DNA of 28,992 bases from Candidatus Firestoneibacteriota bacterium (GTDB lineage: Bacteria > Oederibacteriota > D2-FULL-39-29 > JBBTED01), in contig JBBTED010000102.1 in the NCBI GenBank assembly GCA_038042445.1, positions 1 through 28,992 on the forward strand. The letters are read 5' to 3'. Of this stretch, positions 1 to 8,617 are shown piece after piece. The position numbers and the translations under genes are program-made. The notes below the pieces were generated by a model. The model had not been told where the DNA came from and searched no databases. It was given only the letters and a program-made list of their open reading frames with translations. Position 1 is the stretch's first letter, and every line of letters starts with the position of its first letter.

Positions 1-52
1 CCCTGAACTTGTTTCAGGGTCTAATGAGATGCCGAAACAAGTTCGGCATGAC
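1..52. repeat. GTCAT...ATGAC-type palindromic doublet (left end cut by window edge)
   Basis: CCCTGAACTTGTTTCAGGGTCT-aat-GAGATGCCGAAACAAGTTCGGCATGAC: two hairpins in inverted arrangement; same family as 22082..22140. Confidence 0.85.
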
Positions 53-69
53 AGTTTGATGGTAAAATT

Positions 70-1989
70 ATGGAATATGGAATATTAATACCTGTATTAC
101 CACTTTTGGCTTTTGTTTTAATAATTTTCTTTGGCAAAAGATTGCCGGGCAAAGGTTCTTATATAGGAATTTTTGCAATGGCTTTAAGTTTTATTTTGTC
201 CTGTTTGATATTTGTAAAATTTGTAGGTGGTGCAAGCTCTTATGAATTTAATTATCCTTGGTTTTCATTCGGCGGTAAAGTAATATCTGCAGGTATTTTG
301 ATAGATGGTTTAACAGCAGTAATGCTTGTTGTTGTTACGCTTGTAAGTTTGCTTGTGCAAATTTATTCTATTGGATATATGCACAATGATATTCGTTATT
401 CAAGATATTATTCCTATTTATCGTTATTTACTTTTTCAATGCTGGGTTTAATTCTTTCAAATAGTTTTTTTGAAGTATTTATGTGCTGGGAACTTGTTGG
501 TGTGTGTTCATATCTTTTAATAGGATTTTGGTTTGAAAAGAAAGAAGCTTCTGATGCCGGGAAAAAAGCTTTTATAACTACGAAAATAGGAGATTTAGGT
601 TTTACTATTGGAATTTTTCTTCTTTTTGTTGCTTTTGGAACACTTAATTTTAATGAATTAAAAATAAGTATAGTGGGTGCAAATGAAACATTATTAACTA
701 TAATCGCGATTTTAATATTTTGTGGTGCAATTGGTAAATCTGCGCAATTTCCTCTTCATGTGTGGCTTCCGGATGCAATGGAAGGTCCTACGCCTGTTAG
801 TGCTTTAATTCACGCTGCTACTATGGTTGCAGCAGGTGTTTATCTTGTAGCGCGTTCTTATTTTATATTTGCGGGCTCAGAAGTTGCATTATCAGTAGTG
901 GCATATATCGGTATCATAACAGCATTTTTAGCAGCTACAATGGCATTAGTTGCTATTGATATAAAACGAGTGCTTGCGTTTTCAACAATAAGTCAGCTTG
1001 GGTTTATGATGTTTGGTTTAGGTGTTGGTGGATATACAGCAGGTATGTTTCATCTTACAACTCATGCGTTTTTTAAGGCACTTTTATTTCTTGGTGCAGG
1101 AAGTGTGATTCATTCTGTTCATACAAATGATATCAGGAAAATGGGTGGACTTGGCAAATATATGAAAATAACTGCAGGTTGTTTTTTTATAGCTTCTTTA
1201 TCTATTTCAGGAATATGGCCATTTAGTGGATTTTATAGCAAAGATGAAATATTAGTAGAGGCTTTTAAGTCAGGACATTATTTTATATATATAGTAGCCA
1301 CAATAGTTGCTTTTATGACAGCTTTTTATATGTTCAGACTGTGTTTTTTAACTTTCACAGGAGAACATCGCGATAAAGAAACTCATCCGCATGAATCTCC
1401 TAATAGTATGACTATTCCACTTATAGTTTTAGCAATTTTATCAGTTGTAACTGGAAAATTGTTAGTGTCTGGAAATACAATCGAACATTTAATTCATTTT
1501 GGAGAAGTTGGTCATCCTGAACTTGTTTCAGGATCCCATGCAAGTTTTGTTCCTGCAGTATCTTTAGTAGTTGCGATTTTAGGTATAGTTTTAGCGTGGT
1601 TAATGTATTATAAAAAAGTAATCGACCCGGAAAAAATAGCTGAAAAATTTAAGCCGATTTATACGTTACTTTTAAACAAATATTATTTCGATGAAATTTA
1701 TGATAAATTTTTAATTCAACCGGTTATTAAATTAACAAAGGTATTATTCAAATTTGATTTCACAGTTATAGATGGTGCTGTAAATGGTTCTGCGTGGATA
1801 ACTGTATTTATAAGTAAAGCCAAAAACTTATTTGATATACATATTGTTGATGGAGCAGTTAATGCAATAGCATGGCTTACACAAAAATTCGGGAATATAT
1901 TGAGGCATATTCAAACAGGTCTTGTTCAAAATTATATGCTTATAATAATCATAGGCTTAAGCATTTTAGTAGTATTAAAACTAATATGA
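70..1989 (+). CDS. nuoL: NADH-quinone oxidoreductase subunit L
   Basis: 639 aa polytopic membrane protein with GKSAQFPLHVWLPDAMEGPTPVSALIHAATMVAAGVYL and HLTTHAFFKALLFLGAGSVIH motifs; followed by nuoM and nuoN. Confidence 0.97.
   Translation: MEYGILIPVLPLLAFVLIIFFGKRLPGKGSYIGIFAMALSFILSCLIFVKFVGGASSYEFNYPWFSFGGKVISAGILIDGLTAVMLVVVTLVSLLVQIYSIGYMHNDIRYSRYYSYLSLFTFSMLGLILSNSFFEVFMCWELVGVCSYLLIGFWFEKKEASDAGKKAFITTKIGDLGFTIGIFLLFVAFGTLNFNELKISIVGANETLLTIIAILIFCGAIGKSAQFPLHVWLPDAMEGPTPVSALIHAATMVAAGVYLVARSYFIFAGSEVALSVVAYIGIITAFLAATMALVAIDIKRVLAFSTISQLGFMMFGLGVGGYTAGMFHLTTHAFFKALLFLGAGSVIHSVHTNDIRKMGGLGKYMKITAGCFFIASLSISGIWPFSGFYSKDEILVEAFKSGHYFIYIVATIVAFMTAFYMFRLCFLTFTGEHRDKETHPHESPNSMTIPLIVLAILSVVTGKLLVSGNTIEHLIHFGEVGHPELVSGSHASFVPAVSLVVAILGIVLAWLMYYKKVIDPEKIAEKFKPIYTLLLNKYYFDEIYDKFLIQPVIKLTKVLFKFDFTVIDGAVNGSAWITVFISKAKNLFDIHIVDGAVNAIAWLTQKFGNILRHIQTGLVQNYMLIIIIGLSILVVLKLI
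1511..1535. repeat. Half palindromic element in frame inside nuoL
   Basis: GTCATCCTGAACTTGTTTCAGGATC matches the left arm of the intergenic elements at 1..52 and 22082..22140; encodes GHPELVSGS. Confidence 0.8.
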
Positions 1990-1995
1990 GTAAAT

Positions 1996-2052
1996 TGTCA
2001 TTTCCACATGTAATAGGTCAGGCATCTTGCCTGACAAATGGCGGGAATTCAG
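1996..2052. repeat. Composite palindrome: ATAGGTCAGGCATCTTGCCTGAC hairpin nested in a GTCATTCCCG...GGGAATCCAG-type arm
   Basis: 57 bp, 50/57 identical to 5661..5717 by manual alignment. Confidence 0.85.
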
Positions 2053-2072
2053 AAAAAAGTTACAGGTTTTAT

Positions 2073-2095
2073 GTAGGGCAAGGCTTTAGCCTTGC
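2073..2095. repeat. GTAG-tagged REP singlet
   Basis: GTAGGGCAAGGCTTTAGCCTTGC, identical to 18428..18450. Confidence 0.85.
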
Positions 2096-2101
2096 AAGAA
2101 T

Positions 2102-2395
2102 ATGACGAAAAACGATATTAAAAAAACTATAACTATGCATAAAGAAATTCTGGAAAAGTACAAAGTGAAATCCATGTTTCTTTTTGGTTCTTATGTAAGA
2201 AATGAACAGAGAGAAGATAGTGATATTGATTTATTTGTGGAATTTAAAGAAAATACTTATGATAATTTTATAAATCTGATTTTTTCCCTTGAAGATTTAT
2301 TAAAAAAGAAAGTAACAGTTGTTACTTCAAAAGCTATGAGTCCTTATATTTTACCTTATGTTTTAAAGGAGATGGAAGAAGTTGAAAAACGATAA
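2102..2395 (+). CDS. Minimal nucleotidyltransferase (MNT) antitoxin, MntA-like
   Basis: 97 aa with GSX10DXD motif (GSYVRNEQREDSDID); overlaps the downstream HEPN gene. Confidence 0.9.
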   Translation: MTKNDIKKTITMHKEILEKYKVKSMFLFGSYVRNEQREDSDIDLFVEFKENTYDNFINLIFSLEDLLKKKVTVVTSKAMSPYILPYVLKEMEEVEKR

Positions 2396-2732
2396 AGTGT
2401 TTATAAATCATATTCGTGATGAGGTTGATTATATAATTAGAGAGACAAAACAGATAGATTATAATGATTTAATGTGTAATGAAACTCTTAAAAAAGCACT
2501 TATTAGAAGTTTAGAAATAATAGGTGAAGCAACTAAAAATCTTTCTGAAGATTTTAGAGATAAATATGCAGAGGTTAAATGGAAAGAGTTAGCAGGTTTA
2601 AGAGATAAACTCATACATTTTTATTTTGGCGTAGATTGGGATACTGTTGGGGATGTTATAAAAAATAAGATACCACAGCTTGAGAAGAATATTCAAAACA
2701 TTCTTAAAGATATAGAGAAAAATGAAATCTAA
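2382..2732 (+). CDS. HEPN (DUF86) ribonuclease toxin, HepT-like
   Basis: 116 aa, TTG start, LEIIGEA and RX4HXY (RDKLIHFY) motifs. Confidence 0.9.
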   Translation: MKNDKVFINHIRDEVDYIIRETKQIDYNDLMCNETLKKALIRSLEIIGEATKNLSEDFRDKYAEVKWKELAGLRDKLIHFYFGVDWDTVGDVIKNKIPQLEKNIQNILKDIEKNEI

Positions 2733-4194
2733 AAAACTTTTTATTTTATTGTGTGCATTTTTAATTTTAGGTAAAGTTTTAACATTTTCTTTGGTTGACA
2801 GTTGGGCTGTTAACCAAAATGGTGAAGAATGGGCGAATATATTTATGGGAGGTATGAAAGTAGGATATGCTCATAGTGTAACTACAGAGGTTATTAAGGA
2901 AAACCAAAAATCATACACAAAAGATTCTGAAATGCTCATTAAAATGGCAAGATTTGGTTCAAAATTTGAAGCAAAATATACAGTAAATTCTGTTTTGGAT
3001 GCAGATCTCTCTCCCATATCTTTTTTGGCGAAAAGTACACTTGGAGATTCACAGCGGAATTTGGAAGGTAAAAAAGAAGGAAATGTTTTAAAAGTTACTC
3101 TTGATTTTGCAGGTGAAGTGACAAAAAGAGATATAGATTTGACAGCGGGGTTGGTTTTAGAAGAAAACATTAATGATATAATGAAGACAAAAGCTTTAAA
3201 AACAGGGGATAAATATAAATTAAAAGTTTTTATAAAAGAGCTTATGAAAGTTGAAGACGCAGAAGTTTTGATTAAAGAAAAAAGCACATTGATTTTAAAC
3301 GGAATATCAGTTCCTGTGTATGTGCTTGAGACATCTATGTTGGGTTTTGTATCTACGGATTATTTGAGTGAAGACAAAGAGAGCTTAAAATCCGAGTCAA
3401 TACAGATGAGTTTATCAATAGTAAAAACCAATAAAGAAGATGCATTGAATTTCACTGAAACATCAGATATAGCTTTTGCTTTTTCAATAGATTCAAATTA
3501 TGTGTTTCAGAATCCATTTTTAGTGAAGTATGTCCGTGCTAAAATTTCAGGAGATACACCGGACATAGATATTTTTTCAAAAGATAATAATATGCAAACA
3601 GTTGAGTTAAACAAGAATGAAAACACAGCAATTGTTACTGTGAAATCTTTTTCCGAACCAATTTCAAAGACTTCTTTTCCTGTTAAAGATGAAAAATTTA
3701 AAAAATACTTAGCTCCGACTACTTACGAGCAGTGTAATGATAAAGAAATAGTAAATTTAGCTAAGAAAATAATTGGTCAGGAAAAAAATACATTTAAAGC
3801 AGTAGTTTTAATTAAAGAATGGGTTTATAAAAATCTAAAAAAGACAGCATTGATTACTAATTGGTCATCTGCAAAAGAAGTTTTAGTGTCAAGAAAAGGA
3901 GATTGTAAAGCACATGCTATACTTATGAGTACTCTTGTGAAGGCAGTAGGAATACCTGCAAAAATCTGCGCAGGAATTGTTCCGTCAGGCAAGAATTTTA
4001 TGTATCATATGTGGACTTCTGTGTATGTAGGTAAATGGGTATCAATGGATCCTACATTTAACCAGAATTTTGCAGATGCAACACATATTGAAATTGCAAG
4101 TGGCGTAATGGATGAAGAAGGTATTGTGAAAATAGCAAAAAATTTAGTTTTATCATTAGGTAAAATTACAGTAGAAGTTTTAGAGTGGAGGTGA
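2722..4194 (+). CDS. Secreted transglutaminase-like domain protein
   Basis: N-terminal signal/hydrophobic segment; C-terminal Cys-His-Asp triad motifs KGDCKAHA, YHMW, WVSMDPT. Confidence 0.85.
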   Translation: MKSKKLFILLCAFLILGKVLTFSLVDSWAVNQNGEEWANIFMGGMKVGYAHSVTTEVIKENQKSYTKDSEMLIKMARFGSKFEAKYTVNSVLDADLSPISFLAKSTLGDSQRNLEGKKEGNVLKVTLDFAGEVTKRDIDLTAGLVLEENINDIMKTKALKTGDKYKLKVFIKELMKVEDAEVLIKEKSTLILNGISVPVYVLETSMLGFVSTDYLSEDKESLKSESIQMSLSIVKTNKEDALNFTETSDIAFAFSIDSNYVFQNPFLVKYVRAKISGDTPDIDIFSKDNNMQTVELNKNENTAIVTVKSFSEPISKTSFPVKDEKFKKYLAPTTYEQCNDKEIVNLAKKIIGQEKNTFKAVVLIKEWVYKNLKKTALITNWSSAKEVLVSRKGDCKAHAILMSTLVKAVGIPAKICAGIVPSGKNFMYHMWTSVYVGKWVSMDPTFNQNFADATHIEIASGVMDEEGIVKIAKNLVLSLGKITVEVLEWR

Positions 4195-4197
4195 CAG

Positions 4198-5658
4198 ATG
4201 GGAATTTTAAGTGCGATAACTTTTATACCGCTAATAGGAGCAATAATTATTTTATTTTTCCCAAAAGGGAAAGATAATTGGGTCCGAATAAGTTCGGCAG
4301 TGTTTTCTGGAATTTCTTTTATCTTAAGTATATGGCTTTACTTCAATTTTAATAAAGCAACCACAGATTTGCAATTTGTGGAAAAATTTAGCTGGATACC
4401 ATCTTTTGGAGTAACCTATTTTTTAGGAGTAGATGGATTAAGTATTCCACTTATTGTTTTAACTGGTCTTTTGTCTTTTATTTCAATTATTTACTCATTC
4501 AATATAAAAGAGCGGGTAAAGGAATACTTTTTCTTCTTTTTACTTCTTGAAGTTGGAATGATGGGGGTTTTTGTAGCTTTAGATTTCTTTCTATTTTATG
4601 TTTTCTGGGAAATTATGCTTGTGCCTATGTATTTCTTAATAGGTATATGGGGTGGCCCAAGAAAAGAATACGCAGCAATAAAATTTTTCTTATATACTTT
4701 ATTTGGAAGTGTTTTTATGCTATTGGCAATTCTTGCGCTTTATTTTACAAGTCAGCCGCATACTTTTAATATGATAGAGTTAGCTGTAAATCAGCCATTC
4801 TCCAGAATTTTTCAACAGATAGTTTTTATTGCTTTCTTTGTTGGTTTTGCAATAAAGGTTCCGGTTTTTCCATTTCATACCTGGTTGCCTGATGCCCATG
4901 TAGAAGCTCCAACTGCAGTTAGCGTAATTCTTGCAGGAGTTCTTCTAAAAATGGGTATTTACGGAATAATGAGGGTGAACTTTCAGATTTTACCTGAGGC
5001 AGCTGTTTGGTTTGCTTTACCTTTAGCAATACTTGCTGCTATAAATATAGTTTATGGAGCATTTGTTGCAATGGCACAGCAGGATCTTAAGAAAATGATA
5101 GCATATTCAAGTGTAAATCATATGGGATATTGCCTTCTTGGGTTAGCATCTTTAACAGCTATAGGATTCAACGGAGCAGTTTTGCAAATGTTTAATCACG
5201 GTATAATTACTGGTGCTTTATTTTTGTTAATTGGAGTAATATATGAGAGAGCGCATACAAGGGATTTAAATGCATTTGGAGGTCTTGGGGTAAAACTTCC
5301 GATTTATACAGGATTAATTACTGTTGCTACAATGGCATCACTTGGTTTGCCCGGTTTAGCAGGTTTTATAAGTGAGTTTTTATGTTTCCTTGGAGCGTTT
5401 TCTGTATTTAAAGTAATTACTATAATTTCAATAATTGGAATTCTTGTAACAGCAGGGTATTTATTATTAATGATACAAAAAGTTTTTCTTGGTCCTCTAA
5501 ATGAAAAATGGAAAGGCTTGAGTGATATGAATCCAAGAGAATTAGTTTCAGTAGTACCATTAATTGTAATAATGATAATACTTGGTGTTTTACCGCATTT
5601 AATTTTGAATTTATCAGACACCAAGTTGCTTCAAATGGCAAATTTATTTAGTAAATGA
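4198..5658 (+). CDS. nuoM: NADH-quinone oxidoreductase subunit M
   Basis: FYVFWEIMLVPMYFLIGIWGG, KVPVFPFHTWLPDAHVEAPTAVSVILAGVLLKMG. Confidence 0.97.
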   Translation: MGILSAITFIPLIGAIIILFFPKGKDNWVRISSAVFSGISFILSIWLYFNFNKATTDLQFVEKFSWIPSFGVTYFLGVDGLSIPLIVLTGLLSFISIIYSFNIKERVKEYFFFFLLLEVGMMGVFVALDFFLFYVFWEIMLVPMYFLIGIWGGPRKEYAAIKFFLYTLFGSVFMLLAILALYFTSQPHTFNMIELAVNQPFSRIFQQIVFIAFFVGFAIKVPVFPFHTWLPDAHVEAPTAVSVILAGVLLKMGIYGIMRVNFQILPEAAVWFALPLAILAAINIVYGAFVAMAQQDLKKMIAYSSVNHMGYCLLGLASLTAIGFNGAVLQMFNHGIITGALFLLIGVIYERAHTRDLNAFGGLGVKLPIYTGLITVATMASLGLPGLAGFISEFLCFLGAFSVFKVITIISIIGILVTAGYLLLMIQKVFLGPLNEKWKGLSDMNPRELVSVVPLIVIMIILGVLPHLILNLSDTKLLQMANLFSK

Positions 5659-5660
5659 GC

Positions 5661-5717
5661 TGTCATTCCCGTATGTCATAGGTCAGGCATCTTGCCTGAC
5701 AAATGATGGGAATCCAG
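5661..5717. repeat. Composite nested palindrome, second copy
   Basis: TGTCATTCCCGTATGTC-ATAGGTCAGGCATCTTGCCTGAC-AAATGATGGGAATCCAG. Confidence 0.85.
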
Positions 5718-5736
5718 TGTTTTTAAAATTAAAACT

Positions 5737-7182
5737 ATGATTTATTTAAATGTATTACCAGAGGTTATAATTGTTTTTTTTGGAATTCTAATATTGGTAT
5801 TGGATTTGCTTTTCAAAAAAGAGCAAAATGAAGTATTGTCTTATGTTTCTGTAATAGGATGTACACTCGCATTTTTTGCCTGTATTTTTATATTTTCGAA
5901 CAAAGCGCCTCTTTTTTCTGGAATGTTATTAATAGATTCCTTTGGCACATTTTTAAAATGTTTAATATTATTTGCAACGATTTTAACTATATTATTGACT
6001 AAAGGGTATGAGCCTCTTTCTTCTACTGCTAATTCCAAATTGCCTGAATATTATTCACTTTTGTTGTTTTCTACGCTTGGTATGATGTTAATGGTATCAG
6101 CAAACGATTTTTTAACACTATATCTTGGAATAGAGTTGACTGCTTTGTCTTTATACGTGCTTGTCGCATTTTTGCGCTCAGATGTGAAATCAAGTGAATC
6201 TGCAATAAAATATTTTCTTTTAGGAGCATTTTCTTCTGCAATAATGCTTTATGGTATTACTTTAGTTTATGGTTTAGCAGGGACAACCAACTTTAATATA
6301 TTGTTCAGTTATTTTTCTAATTCTTCAGGCGAAGTTCCATTATTACTTATAGTATCACTTTTGTTTATTCTTGTAGGTATTGGTTTCAAAATTGCAATGG
6401 TGCCGTTTCATATGTGGGCGCCTGATATTTACGAAGGTGCGCCTACACCTATAACATCATTTTTGGCAGTTGCTTCAAAATCTGCAGGTATAGCAGTTTT
6501 AATACGTGTTTTTCTGAATGTTTTTCCTTCTGTTACTGCAGAGTTAAATACAATAATAGCTGTATTAGCAGCTATTACAATGACTGTTGGAAATATTATT
6601 GCTATACCGCAAAATAATATAAAACGATTGCTTGCTTATTCTGGTATTGCACATATTGGTTATATTCTAATTGGATTTGTAGTTGCAGATAGCTTGGGTG
6701 TGCAAGCAATATTAATTTACTTACTTGCATATCTTTTTATGAATGTAGGAGCTTTTGCAATTGTAGTTATAGTCTCAAATGTTTTGAAAAGTGATGATAT
6801 AGAAGATTTTGCAGGTTTGGGCCAACGCTCTTCATTTTTATCTGCCTTGATGCTTATATTTCTTTTGTCTTTAGCTGGAATGCCTCCTTTAGCAGGATTT
6901 ATAGGAAAATTTTACATATTTGCCGCAGCCATAAAAGGAGGTTTCGTATGGCTTGCCATAATAGCAGTTCTTAATTCTGTAATTGCTCTTTATTATTACT
7001 TGCGTATAGTCAAAGCAATGTATTTTACTGACACAAAAGAATTTGGAGCCATTCCTGTTCCAACAGCTTTAAAAGTTGCATTACTTATAATCACAATATT
7101 TATATTCCTAATAGGAATTTTCCCTCAACCCTTTATAAATTTAGTCAACAACTCCGTTTCCCTTCATTCTTTTATGTATTAA
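5737..7182 (+). CDS. nuoN: NADH-quinone oxidoreductase subunit N
   Basis: ESAIKYFLLG, GFKIAMVPFHMWAPDIYEGAPTP, KRLLAYSGIAHIGY motifs. Confidence 0.97.
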   Translation: MIYLNVLPEVIIVFFGILILVLDLLFKKEQNEVLSYVSVIGCTLAFFACIFIFSNKAPLFSGMLLIDSFGTFLKCLILFATILTILLTKGYEPLSSTANSKLPEYYSLLLFSTLGMMLMVSANDFLTLYLGIELTALSLYVLVAFLRSDVKSSESAIKYFLLGAFSSAIMLYGITLVYGLAGTTNFNILFSYFSNSSGEVPLLLIVSLLFILVGIGFKIAMVPFHMWAPDIYEGAPTPITSFLAVASKSAGIAVLIRVFLNVFPSVTAELNTIIAVLAAITMTVGNIIAIPQNNIKRLLAYSGIAHIGYILIGFVVADSLGVQAILIYLLAYLFMNVGAFAIVVIVSNVLKSDDIEDFAGLGQRSSFLSALMLIFLLSLAGMPPLAGFIGKFYIFAAAIKGGFVWLAIIAVLNSVIALYYYLRIVKAMYFTDTKEFGAIPVPTALKVALLIITIFIFLIGIFPQPFINLVNNSVSLHSFMY

Positions 7183-7183
7183 G

Positions 7184-7323
7184 CAATAGGTCAGGCATCT
7201 TGCCTGACATCATTTCCGCGAAAACAATAGGTCAGGTATCTTGCCTGACATCATTTCCGCGAAAACAATAGGTCAGGCATCTTTGCCTGACATCATCCCC
7301 GTATGTTTTTAGCGGGAATCCAG
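7184..7323. repeat. Tandem array of a 41-bp hairpin unit (2 full copies, 1 partial) ending in a GGGAATCCAG arm
   Basis: Unit CAATAGGTCAGGCATCTTGCCTGACATCATTTCCGCGAAAA starts at 7184, 7225 and 7266; the third copy runs into TCATCCCCGTATGTTTTTAGCGGGAATCCAG. Confidence 0.9.
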
Positions 7324-7397
7324 TGTTTTTTTAATAATTTAGATTTTCGGAATATTAAAATATCCTTGCAAATGAAGTGTAAAAAGTGGTAAATAAG

Positions 7398-7423
7398 GTA
7401 GTGAATGGTCTTTAGACCATTCA
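7398..7423. repeat. GTAG-tagged REP singlet
   Basis: GTAG-TGAATGGTC-TTTA-GACCATTCA perfect hairpin. Confidence 0.75.
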
Positions 7424-7450
7424 TAAATATACATCAGGAGGTTGAAGATT

Positions 7451-8592
7451 ATGACTACTTTTTTTGCTTTACGTAAATCTATTTATTTTATTGGCGTCTT
7501 TCTTTTTTTTGCTTTTATAATATTTCCTGTAGAAAGTGCAGAAAAAATTAGAATTGCAGTATCAGATTTAAAACCTGAAGGTGTTTCATCAGTTGTTTCT
7601 AATGCTGTAACAAATTTTTTAGTTGTAGAATTGATAAATACAAAAAGATTTGATTTGTTAGATAGAAAAAATATGGAAGTTATATTAAAAGAACAGGCAT
7701 TTCAGCAAACTGGGTGCACTAGTCAGGAATGTGCGATTCAATTAGGTAGAATATTAAATGTACAAAAAGTTGTAATGGGAAGTATAAATAAGTTGGGTGG
7801 TAAATTTTATATTAATGTATCTTTTGTTGATATAGAAACAGGGAAAATAGAGTTTGCTGAAAAAAACAAATAATTCAACGGTTAGAAAAAAAACCGAAGG
7901 ATTCAAATATAGGTGAGATTAGTTCTCAAAAAAAAGATACTGTTGCTACTGTACAAATTATTTCTCTTATTGGGGATGATGTCTCTGAAGCATTTGTAGT
8001 AGATAAAATAAAAACTCCTGAAATTGGTGATTTTGTTGAATGGAAAAAAGAAATAATCAGTGAAGTTGTTATTGCTGATGAATCAAAATCAAAAGCAGAA
8101 GTTAGTGTTTCGCAAAATCCCACAAGCTGGTTATCTACAAGTTGGTTTTTAGCTGGGAGCAATCCTACAGATTATATGACACAAATAAATGATACAACGG
8201 TAACTTATGAAAATAAGCCTAGTGATTGTATTAAATCAGCAGTTTCTTCTCCAAGAGGATTTGGTACGATGATGAAAACCATTAGTGCAAATGAATATCT
8301 TGGAAAACGGATTCGTATGAGTGCATACGTTAAAACAGAAAATGTTGGAAATTGGACAGGTTTATGGATGCGTGTGGATGGACCAGAAAATAAGGTATTA
8401 AGTTTTGATAATATGGGTAATAGGAAAATAAAAGGAACAGTTGATTGGACAAAGTATGAAATTGTATTAAATGTACCCCAAAATAGTACTAATATTTCAT
8501 TTGGTGTTTTATTGGAAGGAATAGGTCAGGTGTGGATAAATAGTTTGCAATTTGAAGAAGTAGATAGTAGTGTTTCAATAACCGGACGATAA
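7451..8592 (+). pseudogene. Split gene: signal peptide + CsgG/HfaB-like domain (7451..7873), then in the -1 frame an FlgT-C-like barrel and a galactose-binding-like (CBM-like) domain (frame open 7861..8592)
   Basis: AGGAGG precedes ATG 7451. CsgG-like RIAVSDL...LDRKNMEVILKEQAFQQTGC. The frame of ORF 8176 is open back to 7861 (KKQIIQR...VATVQIISLIGDDVSEAFV...PEIGDFVEW...WFLAGSNPTDY). The frames overlap at an A7 run (7860..7866). Confidence 0.65.
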
Positions 8593-8617
8593 AATATCGT
8601 AGCAGGTTACGTTTTTT

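Noticed and set aside
1872..2105. 77-aa ORF
   Set aside because: It overlaps nuoL out of frame and reads through palindromic repeats; no family motif.
7184..7323. Possible CRISPR mini-array
   Set aside because: The intervening sequences are identical rather than unique spacers, the hairpin is a dispersed repeat, and no cas genes are present.
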